From NCBI GenBank assembly GCA_951406725.2, contig OX597828.1, positions 372,001 through 436,000 on the forward strand: a DNA stretch of 64,000 nt. The letters are read 5' to 3'. Shown one piece after another: positions 1-14,670 of this stretch (position 1 is its first letter; each line of letters opens with the position of its first letter). The notes under the pieces were generated by a model. It saw only the letters and a list, made by a program, of their open reading frames with translations, searched no databases and had not been told where the DNA came from. The position numbers and the translations under genes are program-made. Source of the DNA: Octopus vulgaris (taxonomy: Eukaryota).

Positions 1-33
1 TATATAGTGTATATCTTTATATACATCCTGCAG

Positions 34-201
34 GTGATGTATATGTACTACCTCCTCGGTTATCGTCTGCTTGGTCAACAAGACGACAGCACTCAAAACA
101 ACCAAAGCCAAGCTTCACAGAACGAGAAATGGAAACATTCTCCAGCACATTTCGTCAAAGGCAATATTTTCAAACATATTCCAGAAAAAACTCTCGTTCA
201 G
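34..201 (+). CDS. CHS: Chitin synthase, internal exon (upstream exons lie outside the window)
   Basis: CAG acceptor at 31-33 and GT donor at 202. Encodes VMYMYYLLGYRL..., the conserved chitin synthase (WSQ)VMYMYYLLG motif. 168 nt, phase 0/0. Confidence 0.93.
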
Positions 202-267
202 GTATTTTGCTTTCAAATATTCTTTTTATTATTATTATTATTATTCTTTTTATTATTATTATTATTA

Positions 268-326
<59 letters not shown>

Positions 327-856
327 GACTGTCCTCCACTTTCCCACCCTACCCAGTCTTTCGCTCTTTGTCGCCTTTGTTAGGGTTTAGTCTCTCAAAT
401 TTCCTATTCATTATTTCTTTATTATTATTATTTCCTAATGTCCTTGTCTTTGTTTCTTTACTTCTCTGAATCTTTTTCTCACAATCTTCCTGGATATCCA
501 CCTTTTACTCTATATCTTCAACTCTTTCCCCTCTCTTTTCCCTCCTACTCTCTCTTCTCTTTTTGCTTCTCTCTCTATGTCTGCCTCTCGACTATCTTGT
601 TTTCAGTTTGTCTATCTATCAATACACTCACACACATATAAAATATGTGAGTGGGTGTGTATGTGTGTGTGGTCGGGTGTGTATGTGTGTGTGGTCGTGT
701 GTGTATGACGAGTGAGTGTTTGAGTTCATGTATATGTGCATATTATATATATATTTGTGTGTGCGTGTATATATATATATATATATATATATAACGTGTA
801 TTTTTATATATATGCATACATATAGGTACGTGTGTATTTATACATATACATATATA

Positions 857-1039
857 GGCGTAGGAGTGGCTGTGTGGTAAGTAGCTTGCTTACCAACCAC
901 ATGGTCCCGGGTTCAGTCCCACTGCGTGGCACCTTGGGCAAGTGTCTTCTACTATAGCCCTGGGCCAACCATTTGGATTTGGAAGACGGAAACTGAAAGA
1001 AGCCCGTCGTATATATGCATGTATGTGTGTGTGTATATA

Positions 1040-1105
<66 letters not shown>

Positions 1106-1290
1106 AGTGTGTGTATATGTTTGTGCGTCTTTGTTTGTCCTCCCCAACATCGCTTGACAACCGATGCTGGTGTGTTTACGTCTCCGTAACATTCGCGGTT
1201 CGGCAAAAGAGACCGATAGAATAAGTACTGGGCATACAGAAAATAAGTCCTGGGGTCGATTTGCAAATGACTGAAACAAGTAAAAGAGTA
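857..1290 (+). mobile_element. tRNA-related SINE with internal (TG)n
   Basis: Head GGCGTAGGAGTGGCTGTGTGGTAAG...GGTTCAGTCCC (A/B-box-like). The same family recurs at about 8672-8815, 28308-28810, 44243-44408, 44601-44695 and 62056-62220. Confidence 0.8.
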
Positions 1291-2233
1291 TAGATATAAA
1301 TACAGTGTATATTAAAACACATAAGAGGCATGTACACTGTATTTATATGAATAATATATATTCTATTGACTAAAGTTTTACACTCTAGGCCACTGACCCA
1401 GAATAAATATTAAACAATATGAGCACGTGTATAGAGCCCTAAAGGACCTTTCTCGCCACGGACTTTTTCCAGGACCCAGGTTTATCTTGAAGAAATTTAT
1501 AAATTATAATAGCTTTTGTTTTTTAATTAATAAAAGACCGGTTTTGAAAACTGTCGTTTTTGTCCTGCTATTTTTGTCAAATGTACGTAATTTGATTAAA
1601 ATGAATTAGGGCTGTTTTTGTGTTCAATTCACCAATTTTTTAAAGTAGATCAACATATTTAAAATAGGTTTACTACATGCCAATAGTTGTGTCTGTGATG
1701 TAGTTGAGAAGAAAGCTACATATTTAAATCTATTTTTTCACATACAGCACTTAGAGAAGCGTCAGCCCTCACTCGCGAACGAGTATAGCTTGATAACATG
1801 TACAATACATTCGTTAAACGTTCGAGGTGCCTATGTAGTCGCGAGCAGACATAGACGTGCTGGCGGGCTCTTCACCTCACACCCGATGAACCATCCAAAA
1901 TGTGGAGGAGGAGGAGAGAGAGGAGTGTAGCACCAGCAACCAGCTAGTACTCATTTGCAGCTGGAGTAAAGTGAAAGGGGGGTCAAGGGCACAACATCCT
2001 GCCCAGTCCAGGAATCGCATCCTTATGATTATCAACCGAATACTCTAACCACTTGGTCACAGCACTTATTACGTGTTGTCTTGTCAGTTAGATAATAGAG
2101 AAGTCATGGGAGCGTCACTGTCGGGCTATGATTAGGGCATTAATTGGCCGTAAAACTCCCTTAAATATTATTAACCTTATATCTTATGATTCGTATAAGT
2201 ATATAATTTATATCTTTTGTTCTTTGTTTCTAG

Positions 2234-2369
2234 GCAGAAAATACGTATATCTTAGCTCTTGATGGAGATGTGGACTTCAAGCCAGGCGCTGTACAACTGT
2301 TGGTAGACAGGATGAAGAAGAGTAAGAAAGTCGGTGCCGCCTGCGGTAGAATTCATCCTTCTGGTTCCG
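2234..2369 (+). CDS. CHS: Chitin synthase, internal exon
   Basis: TAG acceptor at 2231-2233 and GTTAGT donor at 2370. Encodes AENTYILALDGDVDFKPGAVQLLVDRMKKSKKVGAACGRIHPSGS (LDGD and CGRIHP motifs). In frame with the flanking exons. Confidence 0.95.
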
Positions 2370-2451
2370 GTTAGTTGACTACAAAGTCTTTTACATTGTT
2401 TTAATTTTGGTCTTCCTTCGATGTACTTGTAATTGTAGTCGTTGTTAATAC

Positions 2452-2485
<34 letters not shown>

Positions 2486-3249
2486 GAAACACCACTTCCT
2501 ATCACCGCTATCTCCCACTACCAAATAACACTTCTACCACAACTCTTCTACTACTGTGTGTACATACATATAGAAAAAAAGCGGCAGAATAAAAGTATAG
2601 ACAGGCAAACAACTATTACCAAGGTCAGATTAAGACATAAATGTTTTCATCACGACGGTTGAGGATAGATCAACCGACATTATAGTTGCGTTCCATTCCC
2701 TGATTGGAGAAAGAATCTCCACAGAAGAACTCCAATGATGGGATGGATACAACTACAATGCTGGCTGCCCATCGTTTTCACAGTAATCTACCATCAACGC
2801 ATCAATTCATGAAACACCTTCTTTCTTCCTTCCCACTTTCTTCGTATCCTACCTAAGATCACCAGTTTTACTCAATGTCTATAATTCAGACTTGACCTTG
2901 TAATTGTTGCAGGAGAATAGTAGCATATACCAGAACCATTATGAACATTCTTCCGTTAATCTTATATCAACCTCTTGTGATCTTTACTCCTGTAATATTT
3001 CTACCCTAATGTCTAAATATGTCAGAATCTGACCTCGTTCCAGTTGTTTGCCAGGTTTTACTTTTATTCTATTATACTCATACATTTGTCAGTTGGAACA
3101 CCACCTATAGCCCCTGTTTTGTTATTTTTTTTAGTTGCAGTTCAAGCCAACTAAATACCTGCTACTTTACGTCTCACGACGTGATCGTATATACATATAC
3201 GTACAAAGCAGAGTATATGTGTGTGTGTTTGTGTGTGTGTGTGCGCGTG

Positions 3250-3281
<32 letters not shown>

Positions 3282-3546
3282 TGTATGTATGTATGTATGT
3301 ATGTATGTATGTATGTATGTATGTATGTATGTATGTATGCTACATCTATCCATGCTTCCAAACATAGATGCTGTTCCCACAGTGCTGGCTCCCTTATGCC
3401 TTTAGAGGAGTTCACTGACTGTGTTGCAAGAATTCGTTCAAGGTCCAATTTTACGATAATTTCTTCCCATTACTCTTGAAAACTCTGAAAATAGTTATGG
3501 ACTCTGCTCTTCCACTTCTGTGTAAAACAAAGTATACTTACATTCA

Positions 3547-3588
<42 letters not shown>

Positions 3589-3696
3589 GTATATGACAAT
3601 ATCAAAAATAATCAACCCCATCTTTTCTTTGCATAAATATGTGTTAGATGACCGTTTATGATTTAACTTTTATTTTATTTGTTATTCTTCATCTAG

Positions 3697-3897
3697 GACC
3701 CATTGTCTGGTATCAGATCTTCGAATATGCCATTGGTCATTGGCTTCAAAAGGCAGCAGAACATATGCTTGGCTGCGTTCTTTGCAGTCCTGGATGTTTC
3801 AGTTTGTTCCGTGGATCTGCTCTAATGGACGACAACGTTATGCGAACCTATGCTACTCGCTCCACAGTCGCTAGACACTACCTGCAATATGATCAAG
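3697..3897 (+). CDS. CHS: Chitin synthase, internal exon
   Basis: TAG acceptor and GTATGT donor at 3898. Encodes GPIVWYQIFEYAIGHWLQKAAEHMLGCVLCSPGCFSLFRG...QYDQG, part of the catalytic core. 201 nt, phase 1/1. Confidence 0.96.
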
Positions 3898-4968
3898 GTA
3901 TGTTCGTTACGTGTTAGAAAATGCTTTGTTATTATTGTTGTTGTTGTTACTGTTTTGCTGTTGTTGTTGCTGCTTTCATAGTTATTGTTTTTTGTTAGTG
4001 TTATCATTATAGCTATTGTTGTTCTTGAAGTGGGGTCCTTATCTGTGGAAGATCGTTATCAGGGAACACCCTCGTATAGAGTATTGCTTTGCATGAAATA
4101 TAGGTTTATGGAATATAAGTTTTATGGAATATTGGTTTTATCAAATGTGCATGTATATAATACTGGATTATCCGTTCACACGTAAAGGATTCGAATTCCA
4201 GAGAGGCATAAACACCCTTCAATCTTCTTACCTAGCACAATAGTTTATGTCATATTTATTATATTTCGGCAAGAATTTTATACAGCAGAAGCTTCCATAC
4301 AACCCCGATATGAGTGACGTATAATTCATGCGACGTTTAAGTACCCTTCATAAACTCACCTTCCCGTCTTCGTTTAACATTTACCTTCTGAAAATTAAAA
4401 CCCCTTTTTCTTTCAGTTTCATTCTAATATATAGATTATCTCCGAAATATGTAACTTTATGTCATAAGATGAGATGGTGTTTAATAGTTTAGGCTAACTT
4501 TATCCGCTTTGCGCTATTCTGCGTATGACAAGAAGTTAACATTCAACACTTCATGTGTGTATTTCGTTTGCCAGATAATCTGTTGGTATCGAATTAATTT
4601 ACATCCCTCACAGCTATTATATAATCTATTGATGTAAGTGTTTACAATACCAAACTTGGAAAGTGATGATATTAGACATCCTTCAGACAGTAAATGATTC
4701 TGTCTGAAGAATTGGTAATAGGAGATTTATTATATATTTATCGTATACGTACAATTTTGTACTTCCTATTAGCAAATGAAACATGTGTAATAGTGAATAA
4801 ATATTACAAAAATTTTTTTACAATTTTATATGTATGTGTGTGTGTAAATATATATATATATGTATAAATATATATGTCTGTTTATAAAAATAAATAAATA
4901 TATATATATATATTGTTATTATTATTATTATTATTATTATTTACAAATGCTTGTGATTTCTTATTCAG

Positions 4969-7022
4969 GTGAGGACCGATGGTTGAGTACCTTGCTTCTG
5001 CAACAGGGTTATCGTGTTGAATACTGTGCGGCTTCAGATGCCATGACTCAAACTCCAGAAGGATTCAAAGAATTCTTCAACCAACGTCGTCGCTGGATTC
5101 CGTCTACTTTGGCCAACATCATGGATCTCCTACAGAGCTATCGTAGCACCGTTAAAATGAATGATAATATTTCATATCTCTACATTGCTTACCAAGCTTC
5201 CCTTATGCTTTCCACCACCTTAGGACCCGCTACCGTTTTGTTGATGATGGCCGGTGCCTTCAACGCAGTCTTGAAAACCAGTTTATGGCAGTCTTACCTA
5301 TTGGCTATCGGTCCAGCTGTGTTCTATCTCATTCTCTGCTTTCTTCTCAAAAGCGAACACCAAGTAACAGTCGCTGCCATCCAAAGTGCCATTTATGCTC
5401 TCTTCATGATGTCTGTTGTAGTTGGAACTATGGTCCAAATAGTCGAAGATACCATCATTAGTCCAAACGCCATATTCTTGCTAATGTTGCTAGCCATATT
5501 TACAATATCGGCCTGTTTTCACCCTCAAGAATTCCTGTGTTTGCTCCCCGGTGCTCTTTACTTCCTTTGTATCCCGTCTGGTTACGTACTTCTCATCATT
5601 TACGCCATGTGCAATATGCATGTTGTCTCTTGGGGAACCAGAGAAAAAGCGGTGCAGTCGAGTGAGCCCGAAGATGAAAAGGGCAAAGTGTCGCGAAACA
5701 ACAGCTTTATGAGGTGGCTCGGTCGTAAAGAGGTCGATGACTCCTGCTGCCCGTGTATCACTGGGTTTTTTCGACGTCTCTGTGGGTGTCGTTCCCAGGT
5801 GGATGTGAGCAATGAGATTCTGCGGCAAGTGATGGAGAAACTAGATAAAGTGGAAGCTGGAATTAAAATGACCACCACGTCTACAAATATCACACATCCC
5901 CGCCGGCGCCGGTCGTCCTCGCGGTCTCGTCGCTCAAATATCGGAAATATTGAAGAAGCAAATATTGAAAACGATGATAGTGATGTCGACACAAGCAGCA
6001 CTGAAAACGATGGAGATATGGATGAGATGAGGGATCCTCTTGTGAATCCTCTTTGGTTAGAGGATCGAGAAATGGGTAACGGCGAGATTCAGTACTTGCC
6101 GGAGAGGGAGGTGGAATTCTGGCAACAGTGCATCGCCAAATATTTGGCACCGATTCCATTTGACAAAAACCATCATATACAAATGTCTACAGATCTTAAA
6201 TCAATGAGAAATAACGTCGCTTTTGCTTTCTTTATGCTAAACGCTTTTTGGATGATCATAATATTTATGCTTCAAAGTGTCAAAGAAAAAATCAGTATAC
6301 CAATACCAAGACCCGGCTCAGAAGCATTGCTAATCGAACCTCTTGGTTTGATTTTCCTCATATTCTTTGCGTTCATCCTTATTCTTCAGTTCGGTGCCAT
6401 GTTACGTCATCGTTACGGAACGCTTCTACACATTTTGGCGTCGACAGAAATCCGATGCTGTCGGAAACGATTTGATCCGAAAAAACATATTGAAGAAGCA
6501 GTCGAATACGCCAGAGTTCTTCAAAGACTCTACGGAATCGATGACGATACAGATCAAGATATGGATTTCTCCATTTCTCAAGACACCAAAGCAGTACGAC
6601 CTCATAACAATGCCATAAGTGCATTACCGATATTGACTGGCCCAGTTTGTGATTCAACACGTACCACCATCACAGTGATGTCCAACTTGGACAGAGCATT
6701 GCCGCAGACTTTCGAAAACTCGAACTATCGCAAAGATGGTGTAAGATCGAGTTACGCCGAGAGTTCAGACGCCAAAGAAGTAGACCAAATACCACCCTCA
6801 AGAAGAGTGCAACACAGGCATAAAGGTAGACACACTGGTAAAAACAGTACCCTGCGACGGGCATTCGTTCGCCGATACACCAAACTGATGCGACAACAGA
6901 CATCACAGAGCCTCTCAGCGGCAACGAGCGGTCGAGAGCCTAAACCTAGCCATCCATCAATATTGCCTCCAAAAGACAGCAGTGAAGAATATATTCCACA
7001 ATTTAACCAACTCAATAGATGA
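4969..7022 (+). CDS. CHS: Chitin synthase, terminal coding exon
   Basis: CAG acceptor at 4966-4968. Contains GEDRW, QRRRW, several hydrophobic transmembrane segments, SWGTRE, a coiled-coil-like stretch and further TM helices. TGA at 7020-7022. Confidence 0.97.
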
Positions 7023-7174
7023 TGAGTTGAAGAGATTTCGTTATTCTGAAATTTTGATTATTAATTTTTAATTTTTTGTTTTTGTTTTTTTTTTCAAATT
7101 TCCGAATTTGGGAGAAAAATAACAAGGTGATCGTGTTAAAACAATCAATAAATGATTATGTGATTCGCAAATTT

Positions 7175-7218
<44 letters not shown>

Positions 7219-7836
7219 TATTTATCATATATATTCGACTTCAAAATATGCCTATGTTTACGTAATATGAAGATAACGTTTGTGCCTAAGTTTAACCTTT
7301 TTATTAATGATTTTCTTATTAGTCCCTTATGCTTAGTTTGGGATAATAATGGTCATAAGTTCATGCCTGTTTCAAACACCTTCTTCGTCTGTGCGGTACG
7401 TTGTTGGTCAGTCATCGAGGCAGATGTTTGTAAATCGTTTGCTTGTTCTTATCCAGCTCTCTCGATCGACTACACGATCTTCCATGTGGTTTCATTTCAA
7501 TGTCTGTTGAAAGGCAGATGATACAAGCAAACGATGCAATGCATCCGCCGATGCCTGGATGCTTTCTACAAAAAGCAGCAACAATGTACCACTAGATAAG
7601 GCCGAGAAATTTTTGAAACATCCTGAAGATCTGCGAAAGAAATATTTGAAATTTTTAATATAAAAGACTAAAATGAAACACGGCCGGGTCTTCAATATAA
7701 CATGTCAGCAAAATAAACTGTTCTCTGTACAACAAACATTTTATACATGCACGCGCACACTCAGTGATATGTGTGTGTGTGTGTGCGCATATATGTCTGT
7801 GTATATATATGTCTCAAATGAAGGCAAGAAATATCC

Positions 7837-7880
<44 letters not shown>

Positions 7881-8209
7881 CTATGTATATTTAAATATAC
7901 ATATGCGCATATATAAAAATGTGTGTATGTACTTATATGTGTGTATATACATATATATATATATATATATATGCATACATATATATACATATGTGTGTAT
8001 ATATATATAAAATAAACTGAAACCAAAAATATTAAAAATAAAAAATGAATGCATTAAAAAACAAATAAATAAAAAGACGAAAGTAATTGGAATGGAAAAG
8101 AATGATTTCGTTCAAAAACTGTCACAATTATTCCGATACTTTATTATTAGTATTATTATTATCATCATTATTGTTATTATTATTATTATTATTATTGTTT
8201 TTGTTGCTG

Positions 8210-8241
<32 letters not shown>

Positions 8242-8815
8242 GTTGTTGTTGTTGTTATTACTATTATTATTATTAATAGCAATAATATCCGTACAATGCA
8301 GATGAAGAAAAAGTATAATTCACACAGACATGATAGAATGCTACGATATTTGTGAAGAAGATATTTTTATATATAAATATATATAAATGTAATATATATT
8401 ATATTATACCAATATTATAATATATTACTCTCTGTTGAAACAAACGACAAGATATGTTTTGTTGGTTTGTTTACTTTTTTTTTCCTTGGTGATGTTTTTG
8501 TTCTTCGTTTTTGTTTTTTAAAAACTTTTCGCTTCAGCAATTTTGTTAATAAAAGCTGTTAATTTGTTCCAACGTGATTTATTTTTAGTTACTCTTTTGT
8601 GTGTATGTTTTAAATATCTGGTTACCCGACACAATTTTTGTCTTTTATACACACACACACACACACGCATATACGGCGGGGTTCTTTCATTTTCCGTCTA
8701 CCAAATGTACTCACAAGGCTTCGGTTGGCCCGAGGCTACAGTAGAAGACACTTGCCCAAGATAACACGCAGTGGAATTGAACCAGGAACCATGTGGTTGG
8801 TAAGCAAGCTACTGC

Positions 8816-10265
8816 ATTTCATCGAATTGATCATGAAGGTCGTACATAGATAAAGGTAGCTGCGGGCTGGACAGAGACATTAATGTGTATGAAAACGACA
8901 AACACGGAAAAAAAATAATAATAATGGGAGGGGCACCGGCGCCCGCCGACCGATAACCCCTCGAAATTGTTGTTCTATTTAAATCAATATAAATCAAAAT
9001 TATAATTAAAATTACAAATTACAAAAATATATTTTTCATTATTCTTTGTCTTCCTCATCCGGGCCCCCAAATAAGTTTTCTGCCGCCTGCACCGGCAGGC
9101 CCGGACCGAGGGAAACAAAATCTTCTTTGTTACAGGTCTTCCTGACCTCAATCAGTTCTTTCTGATTTATGACCTCTGCAGCCACCTGCGGAGGCCAACT
9201 TGGACAGGTCGAGTCATATCGCTTTCGGTCTAGTAGACTGTCCAAGTATAACTCCACAGGCCCTCCCTTGAGACAGAGAATGACAACCTCTTCCTCACAG
9301 AGAGAGGTCTCATCCTGCTGTCAGTGGCACGGTTCCCACTGACAGAGCCTTTCGCTCCGGTGACACACTTCCCACCGGAGGAACATCGGATTCGTTCGAC
9401 GGCACAGCGACATCCGCTGACCGTCTCCCGTTTTTCTTCTTCCTCTTTCGGTTGCGGGAGTCGGGGCCTCCGTCGGCACAACCGAAGGGTCCTCCTCTCT
9501 TGCAACCTGCACGCCTCCTGGTGAGCAACGGTGGTTGCTGACCTTTCTCTTTCTTCTCGTTGAGGTCGACAACTCAATGACGTCCTCCGCTTCTCCCTGC
9601 AATGGGAGAGCGGAGGGTACCTTCCCCTTTTCCTGCTCCAGAGCCTTATCACGGCCCCGGGGGCAGTCCTTCGTTACATGGCCTGACTCCCGACACGAGA
9701 GATACTTGGGGGGGGGGGGCACCCTCCAGAATAACTGGATACCTGGAGCCAGCCATCCTCAAAAAGTCGGGGAAGGTCATTTTGCCTGCGGCCACTGGGG
9801 TCCACAGGGTCAAAGTTGCCTTTGCACCCTCCACCCACCCCAGTTGACCGCAGGCGTCACTCTTACATTTAAATTCTGCTACTTAGGTAATCCACAAGTC
9901 GCAGCACAAAACTTAAATCCTGCGCCGTCTTCGCACTCCTTGCTTGAATGGTAAATCCAAAGGTACTGGCGCGAACACACCAAAAAACACAATTTTTTTT
10001 TTTTCCTGGAGGGAATACGCCTCCCTAAAACACTATTCTCACTGCAAAGTGAGTCTTTTCGCAGGACCACAGGCAGGCAAATGTCTGGAACAGAGTGGAG
10101 TCTATTGCTCAACAAAAATTATTAATTACAGAGCAACAAACTCCACTAAACCTCCAAAAAATAAAACAAAGACCTACCTGTGGTCGTGTTTCAAATGTTC
10201 AATTTTCCCGTCGCAAGACGTGACTTCCAAGCAGCATGAAAAAATGCGAACTCTTCTATCAGTGA
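8816..10265 (-). mobile_element. Decayed Tx1/L1-type non-LTR element, ORF1 (gag-like zinc knuckle) portion
   Basis: Minus-strand fragments include a degenerate CCHC knuckle (YLSCRESGHVTKDCP) after a VILEG..P segment, followed by a basic low-complexity tail. Frameshifted. Confidence 0.55.
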
Positions 10266-10305
10266 GGTAAGCAAAGCTACTTAGCACAAAGCGCCTGTAT
10301 GTATA

Positions 10306-10410
<105 letters not shown>

Positions 10411-10684
10411 TTTGGTATACTTATATATTTTGTCACAGTCGTTGTGGCAGCACTTGTTTCGCTTCGCTTATTTGACGCTGACTTATTAACGTCAGATGTT
10501 TTGAGTCGCAAGGTTGGTTAGTTTTGGTCAAAATGACATTGAATCGAAATCTCAAGCCCACAGCAACAACAGCAACAATTAATGTGGTGACTACCACTAC
10601 CGCTACTACTGTCATTGCAACCACTACTACGACGACGACGACCACACTTTCCCTCGATTAGGCTGTCATCTTTTTGCCTTTTTT

Positions 10685-12430
10685 TTGGCGGTGATGGTGA
10701 TGAGGATGATGGTGGCGCTGATGGTCATGGTGGTGGTGTTGTTGTTTGTGGTGATGATGATGATGATGATGGTGATGGGGTTGGTGGTGGTAATGATGGT
10801 GCTGATCGTGCTTTTTGTGGTGGTGGTGGTGATGATGATGATGATGATGATAATGATGATGATTAAGATGATGATGGTGATGGTGGTGGTGGTGGTGTTG
10901 ATGATGCTCATGATGATGATGATGATGATGCTCGTGTGGTGATGATGATGATTGTGGTGATGATGATGAAGATGATGATGATGACGATAATGATGATGTT
11001 GCTGATGGTGGTGGCGATGTTGGTGGTCGTGATGGTGGTGTTGTTGTTGATGGTGGTGGTGATGAGGACGATAGTGGCGATTGTGGTGGAGGTGGTAGAT
11101 ATGAGTTTGATGATGATAATAATGATAATAGTGTTGGTGAAAGTGGTGATTGTGCTGGTCAACATCATCATCATCACCAACACCACTGTCATCACCATCA
11201 TCATCATCATGACCAGCAATTCCACCCCACCATCACCATCATCATCATCACCACCACCACCATCGCCATCACCATCATCATCATCATGAACATCGTCATA
11301 AACATCATCATAATCACCAACACCACCACCATCATCATCACCACCACCATCAGCAACATCATCATTATCGTCATCATTTTCATCATCATCCTTATCATCA
11401 TCATCACAACCACCACCACCACCACCATCATCTTCAACATTGCCACTCCTAGAACTATCATCATCTTCACCACCATGCCCACAACCACCTCCACTACCAG
11501 AACTATCCTCATCATCATCATTTTCATCATCACCATGTCCAGCACGAACACCACCTTCATCACTACCACCACCATCACCATCATCATCATCATCACCATC
11601 ATCATCACCACCACGACCACCACCATCACCAGCATCACCATAATCATCATCATTATTTTCATCATTATCATCATCATCAATATCATCGTCATCATGAGCA
11701 ACACTGCCATCACCACCAACATCATCATCATCGTCGTCTTCATCAGCACCATCATGATGATCATGAACACCATCATCATCATCATAATCCTCATTATCAT
11801 CATCACCATCACCATCATCATCATTAATATAATCACCAACCATCATCATCATCGTCTTTATCATCACCATCATCATTATAAACATCATAATCCACACTAC
11901 CCCCATCACGATGAACATCATCATCATCACCACCACCTTGAACACCACCATCAACACTGCCATCACCATCACCATTATTATCATCATCAACATCATCATT
12001 ATCAACACCACCACCACTACCAGAACCATCACTATCATCATCGTCTTCAACATCACCACCACCATGATCACCAAAATCATGATAATCAACACCACCACCA
12101 TCACCCTCACCATCATCAACATCACCTTCTACATCACTATCATCATTATTATCTCCATAATTATCATCATCCTCATCAAGATCATCATCATCATCACCAT
12201 CATCACATCCACCACCACCACTGCCATCACCAGCATCATCATCATAATCATAATCATCTCCACCACTACCATCATCATTATTGCCATCATTATCAACATC
12301 ATGATAATCATCATCATCATCACCATCAACATTATCATTCATCATCACCATCATCATCTTCACCACTTTGCTTCAGTATTGTTCCTCTCATTCATCACTG
12401 ATGACAAATAAACTCACCAACATCATCATC
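10685..12430. repeat. Long degenerate trinucleotide tract, (GAT/GGT)n switching to (CAT/CAC)n
   Basis: Directly visible. Polarity switches near 11160. Confidence 0.9.
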
Positions 12431-12469
12431 ATTATTATTATCAAGCTAATCACATTCTAATTTAATCAG

Positions 12470-12885
12470 GAGGAATGTTATTTTGAGGTTTGGTGACAAC
12501 AAGTCACCTCAAATATCAAGAATCTTTCTTCGGATTCCTGCAGAATACACGATGGTATGTTTCTGCAGGTCATCAATGCAAATTTCAATTCCAATTCCTT
12601 TCAGTGTTTTTGGTAGCATTTTAAGTGTTGTGCCAAGAGCACCAATTCCTACAGGAATAATTGTTGTCTTCGTCCTACACTCTCTCCTCAGCTCTCTGGT
12701 TAGATCCTGATGTTTCTCAGTTTCTTAAATCTCTTTGCTATCAGCCCTGCTATCATAAAGAATTGCAAAATTTATGACCTTACGCATATTTTTGTCCTCA
12801 AAAATCATGTCCGGTCTTCTTGCTTCAATAGTATGGTCAGTCATGGGGGGGGCGTCCTATAAACAAGATCCTGTAATTCTCATTC
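12470..12885 (-). mobile_element. R4/Dong-clade LINE 3' fragment (restriction-like endonuclease)
   Basis: Minus strand translates to ...TDHTIEARRPDMIFEDK...EKHQDLTREL...IIPVGIGALG...LQKHTI, with stops. Confidence 0.7.
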
Positions 12886-13100
12886 TTTGTCACTCTATCA
12901 TTACCAATAATCATGATAATGGTCAGTGAATGATGATGATGGCCATGATTATGGTATGTTTATGAGGAGGAAACATAAAGACTCCAAAAGCCATTCCTTA
13001 TTGATTTTCACAAGAATTTATTTCTTAGAAATTTCCAAAACTAGAAAAGAAAAAAACACTGATAAAGACTAAAGAGTTCCTGATCATATATATCAATACC

Positions 13101-13166
<66 letters not shown>

Positions 13167-13265
13167 TATATAAACACATACACACACTCTGAGATACTAC
13201 CCACATTGCAGTAAATCTAAAAGATGTGGTGTCCTGCTTTCTGTCTTTGGAAATCAGTCAATAAT

Positions 13266-13369
13266 TTATTTACAAGTTCTTCTAGTCCTCTTGTCCCAAG
13301 AGAAATTTGCTGCATAAGATTTCTTCTTGTGAGTTCGCACTTGTTTAGGCTCCACAAAGAAATTCCAAC
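13266..13369 (-). CDS. NDUFS4: NADH:ubiquinone oxidoreductase subunit S4, exon 5 (last)
   Basis: CAG acceptor. Encodes (G)WNFFVEPKQVRTHKKKSYAANFSWDKRTRRTCK*, matching the NDUFS4 C-terminal KSYxxNFSWxKRTR motif. Confidence 0.95.
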
Positions 13370-13779
13370 CTGCAAGAAATTAGGGAAAGATTCTTAGAAA
13401 GAAGGACAAAGACTAACACTGACATAAAAATATGTAGTTTTTATAATGTCAGGGACTTGTTGATTGGAGAACAGCCCCTAGTAGCATGTTATTTTCATAT
13501 TTCTTGTGACCAAGGATTATATATATATATGATCCTTGGTTGGTGTTCAAAAAGGCATCCAGCCCCAGAAACCATGCCAAAGCAAACAGTAGAGCTTGGC
13601 ATAGTTATGTAGGTGACCAGCAGCCAAAAGGGACGGCAGATATTAAATGATGGTGGAAAGTTGGGCGGAACAAACAGAAATTCAAATCAACATATAAGTG
13701 TGTGTGTGTGTGTGTGTGTGTCATTATAAATATAGTCTATCAGCACAGTTATCTCTCTTTCACATATATATATATATAA

Positions 13780-14670
13780 TCACTAGCTTAGGGTGACTCG
13801 CTCTACGCGCGGGTAAGAGTGTGGTTGTTACTTTCTGTTGCTTCCTTTCTGTTTTTTATCACCACATTCTCCCTCTTTGTTTCTCTCCCACTCTCTTACT
13901 CTTCCTTTCTCTCGGACTCTCCCTCACTTTCTCTTACTCTCTATCTTTCTCTATCTAACTCTCTCCCATTTATAAACAAAAGATCTTGAGTAAGTTGAGA
14001 AAGAAAATAGTTTGAAAGATCAATCATAAATATCAGGCAGTGACAACGGAAAGGTCTGCTTCAAGGCAGACAGCAAAACACTAACATTTAAAAGGGACTG
14101 ACGAACTTGCGAGCTGAATAAAAAAAAAAAAATATTGGAAACCAATGTTTGAAGGGATAGAATCTGAGGATAGTAGAGTCATCATGGCTGGCATTTCTTA
14201 ACAACGGACAGCAACGTAGTGGCAGTTTAATGGCTGGCGTAAAATTTTGAACTTGATGTAAAAGAAAATTCCTAAACACCAAGTTTTGAAGTGATTCTTT
14301 CTAACGACAGTAGACTCACCATGGCAAGCATTCAAAACTTCTTCATGATGGACGGCAACACATTGAAGATTTAAAGGCTGGCACAAATTTTTTAGCTTGA
14401 TGTAACAGAGAATTCCTAAACACCCGCTCCTGTAAATTTTAATCTCCTTCCAGCCCCATTTAGACCCCTTTACACATTTTGGTTAATATAACCCAATTTC
14501 ATTCAGGTCTACTCAGGCCACATTTTATAAGATGAGGAATTTTGTCCTAGAGGTCACGTCTTTCATTTGAGGAAAAAAAATAGTTGCCATGCAAACTCGC
14601 CAGCACTTTTAACATAGGTGCGCATATTTTCAGCTCAACTGACCACATAATGCACACACTCATATATATA
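13780..14670. mobile_element. Possible non-autonomous Helitron/Helentron-like element in NDUFS4 intron 4
   Basis: Starts in TA-rich DNA with ACTAGC...CTCGCTCTACGCGCGGG (subterminal GC hairpin), has an internal imperfect duplication and ends in (TA)n. The family assignment rests on resemblance only. Confidence 0.35.

Noticed and set aside
4860-4968. N-terminal part of the 720-aa ORF
   Set aside because: Intronic TA/ATT microsatellite read-through; the exon starts at the acceptor before 4969.
7620-7650. CTGAAGA...GAAA downstream of the chitin synthase stop codon
   Set aside because: No stems II, III or I.
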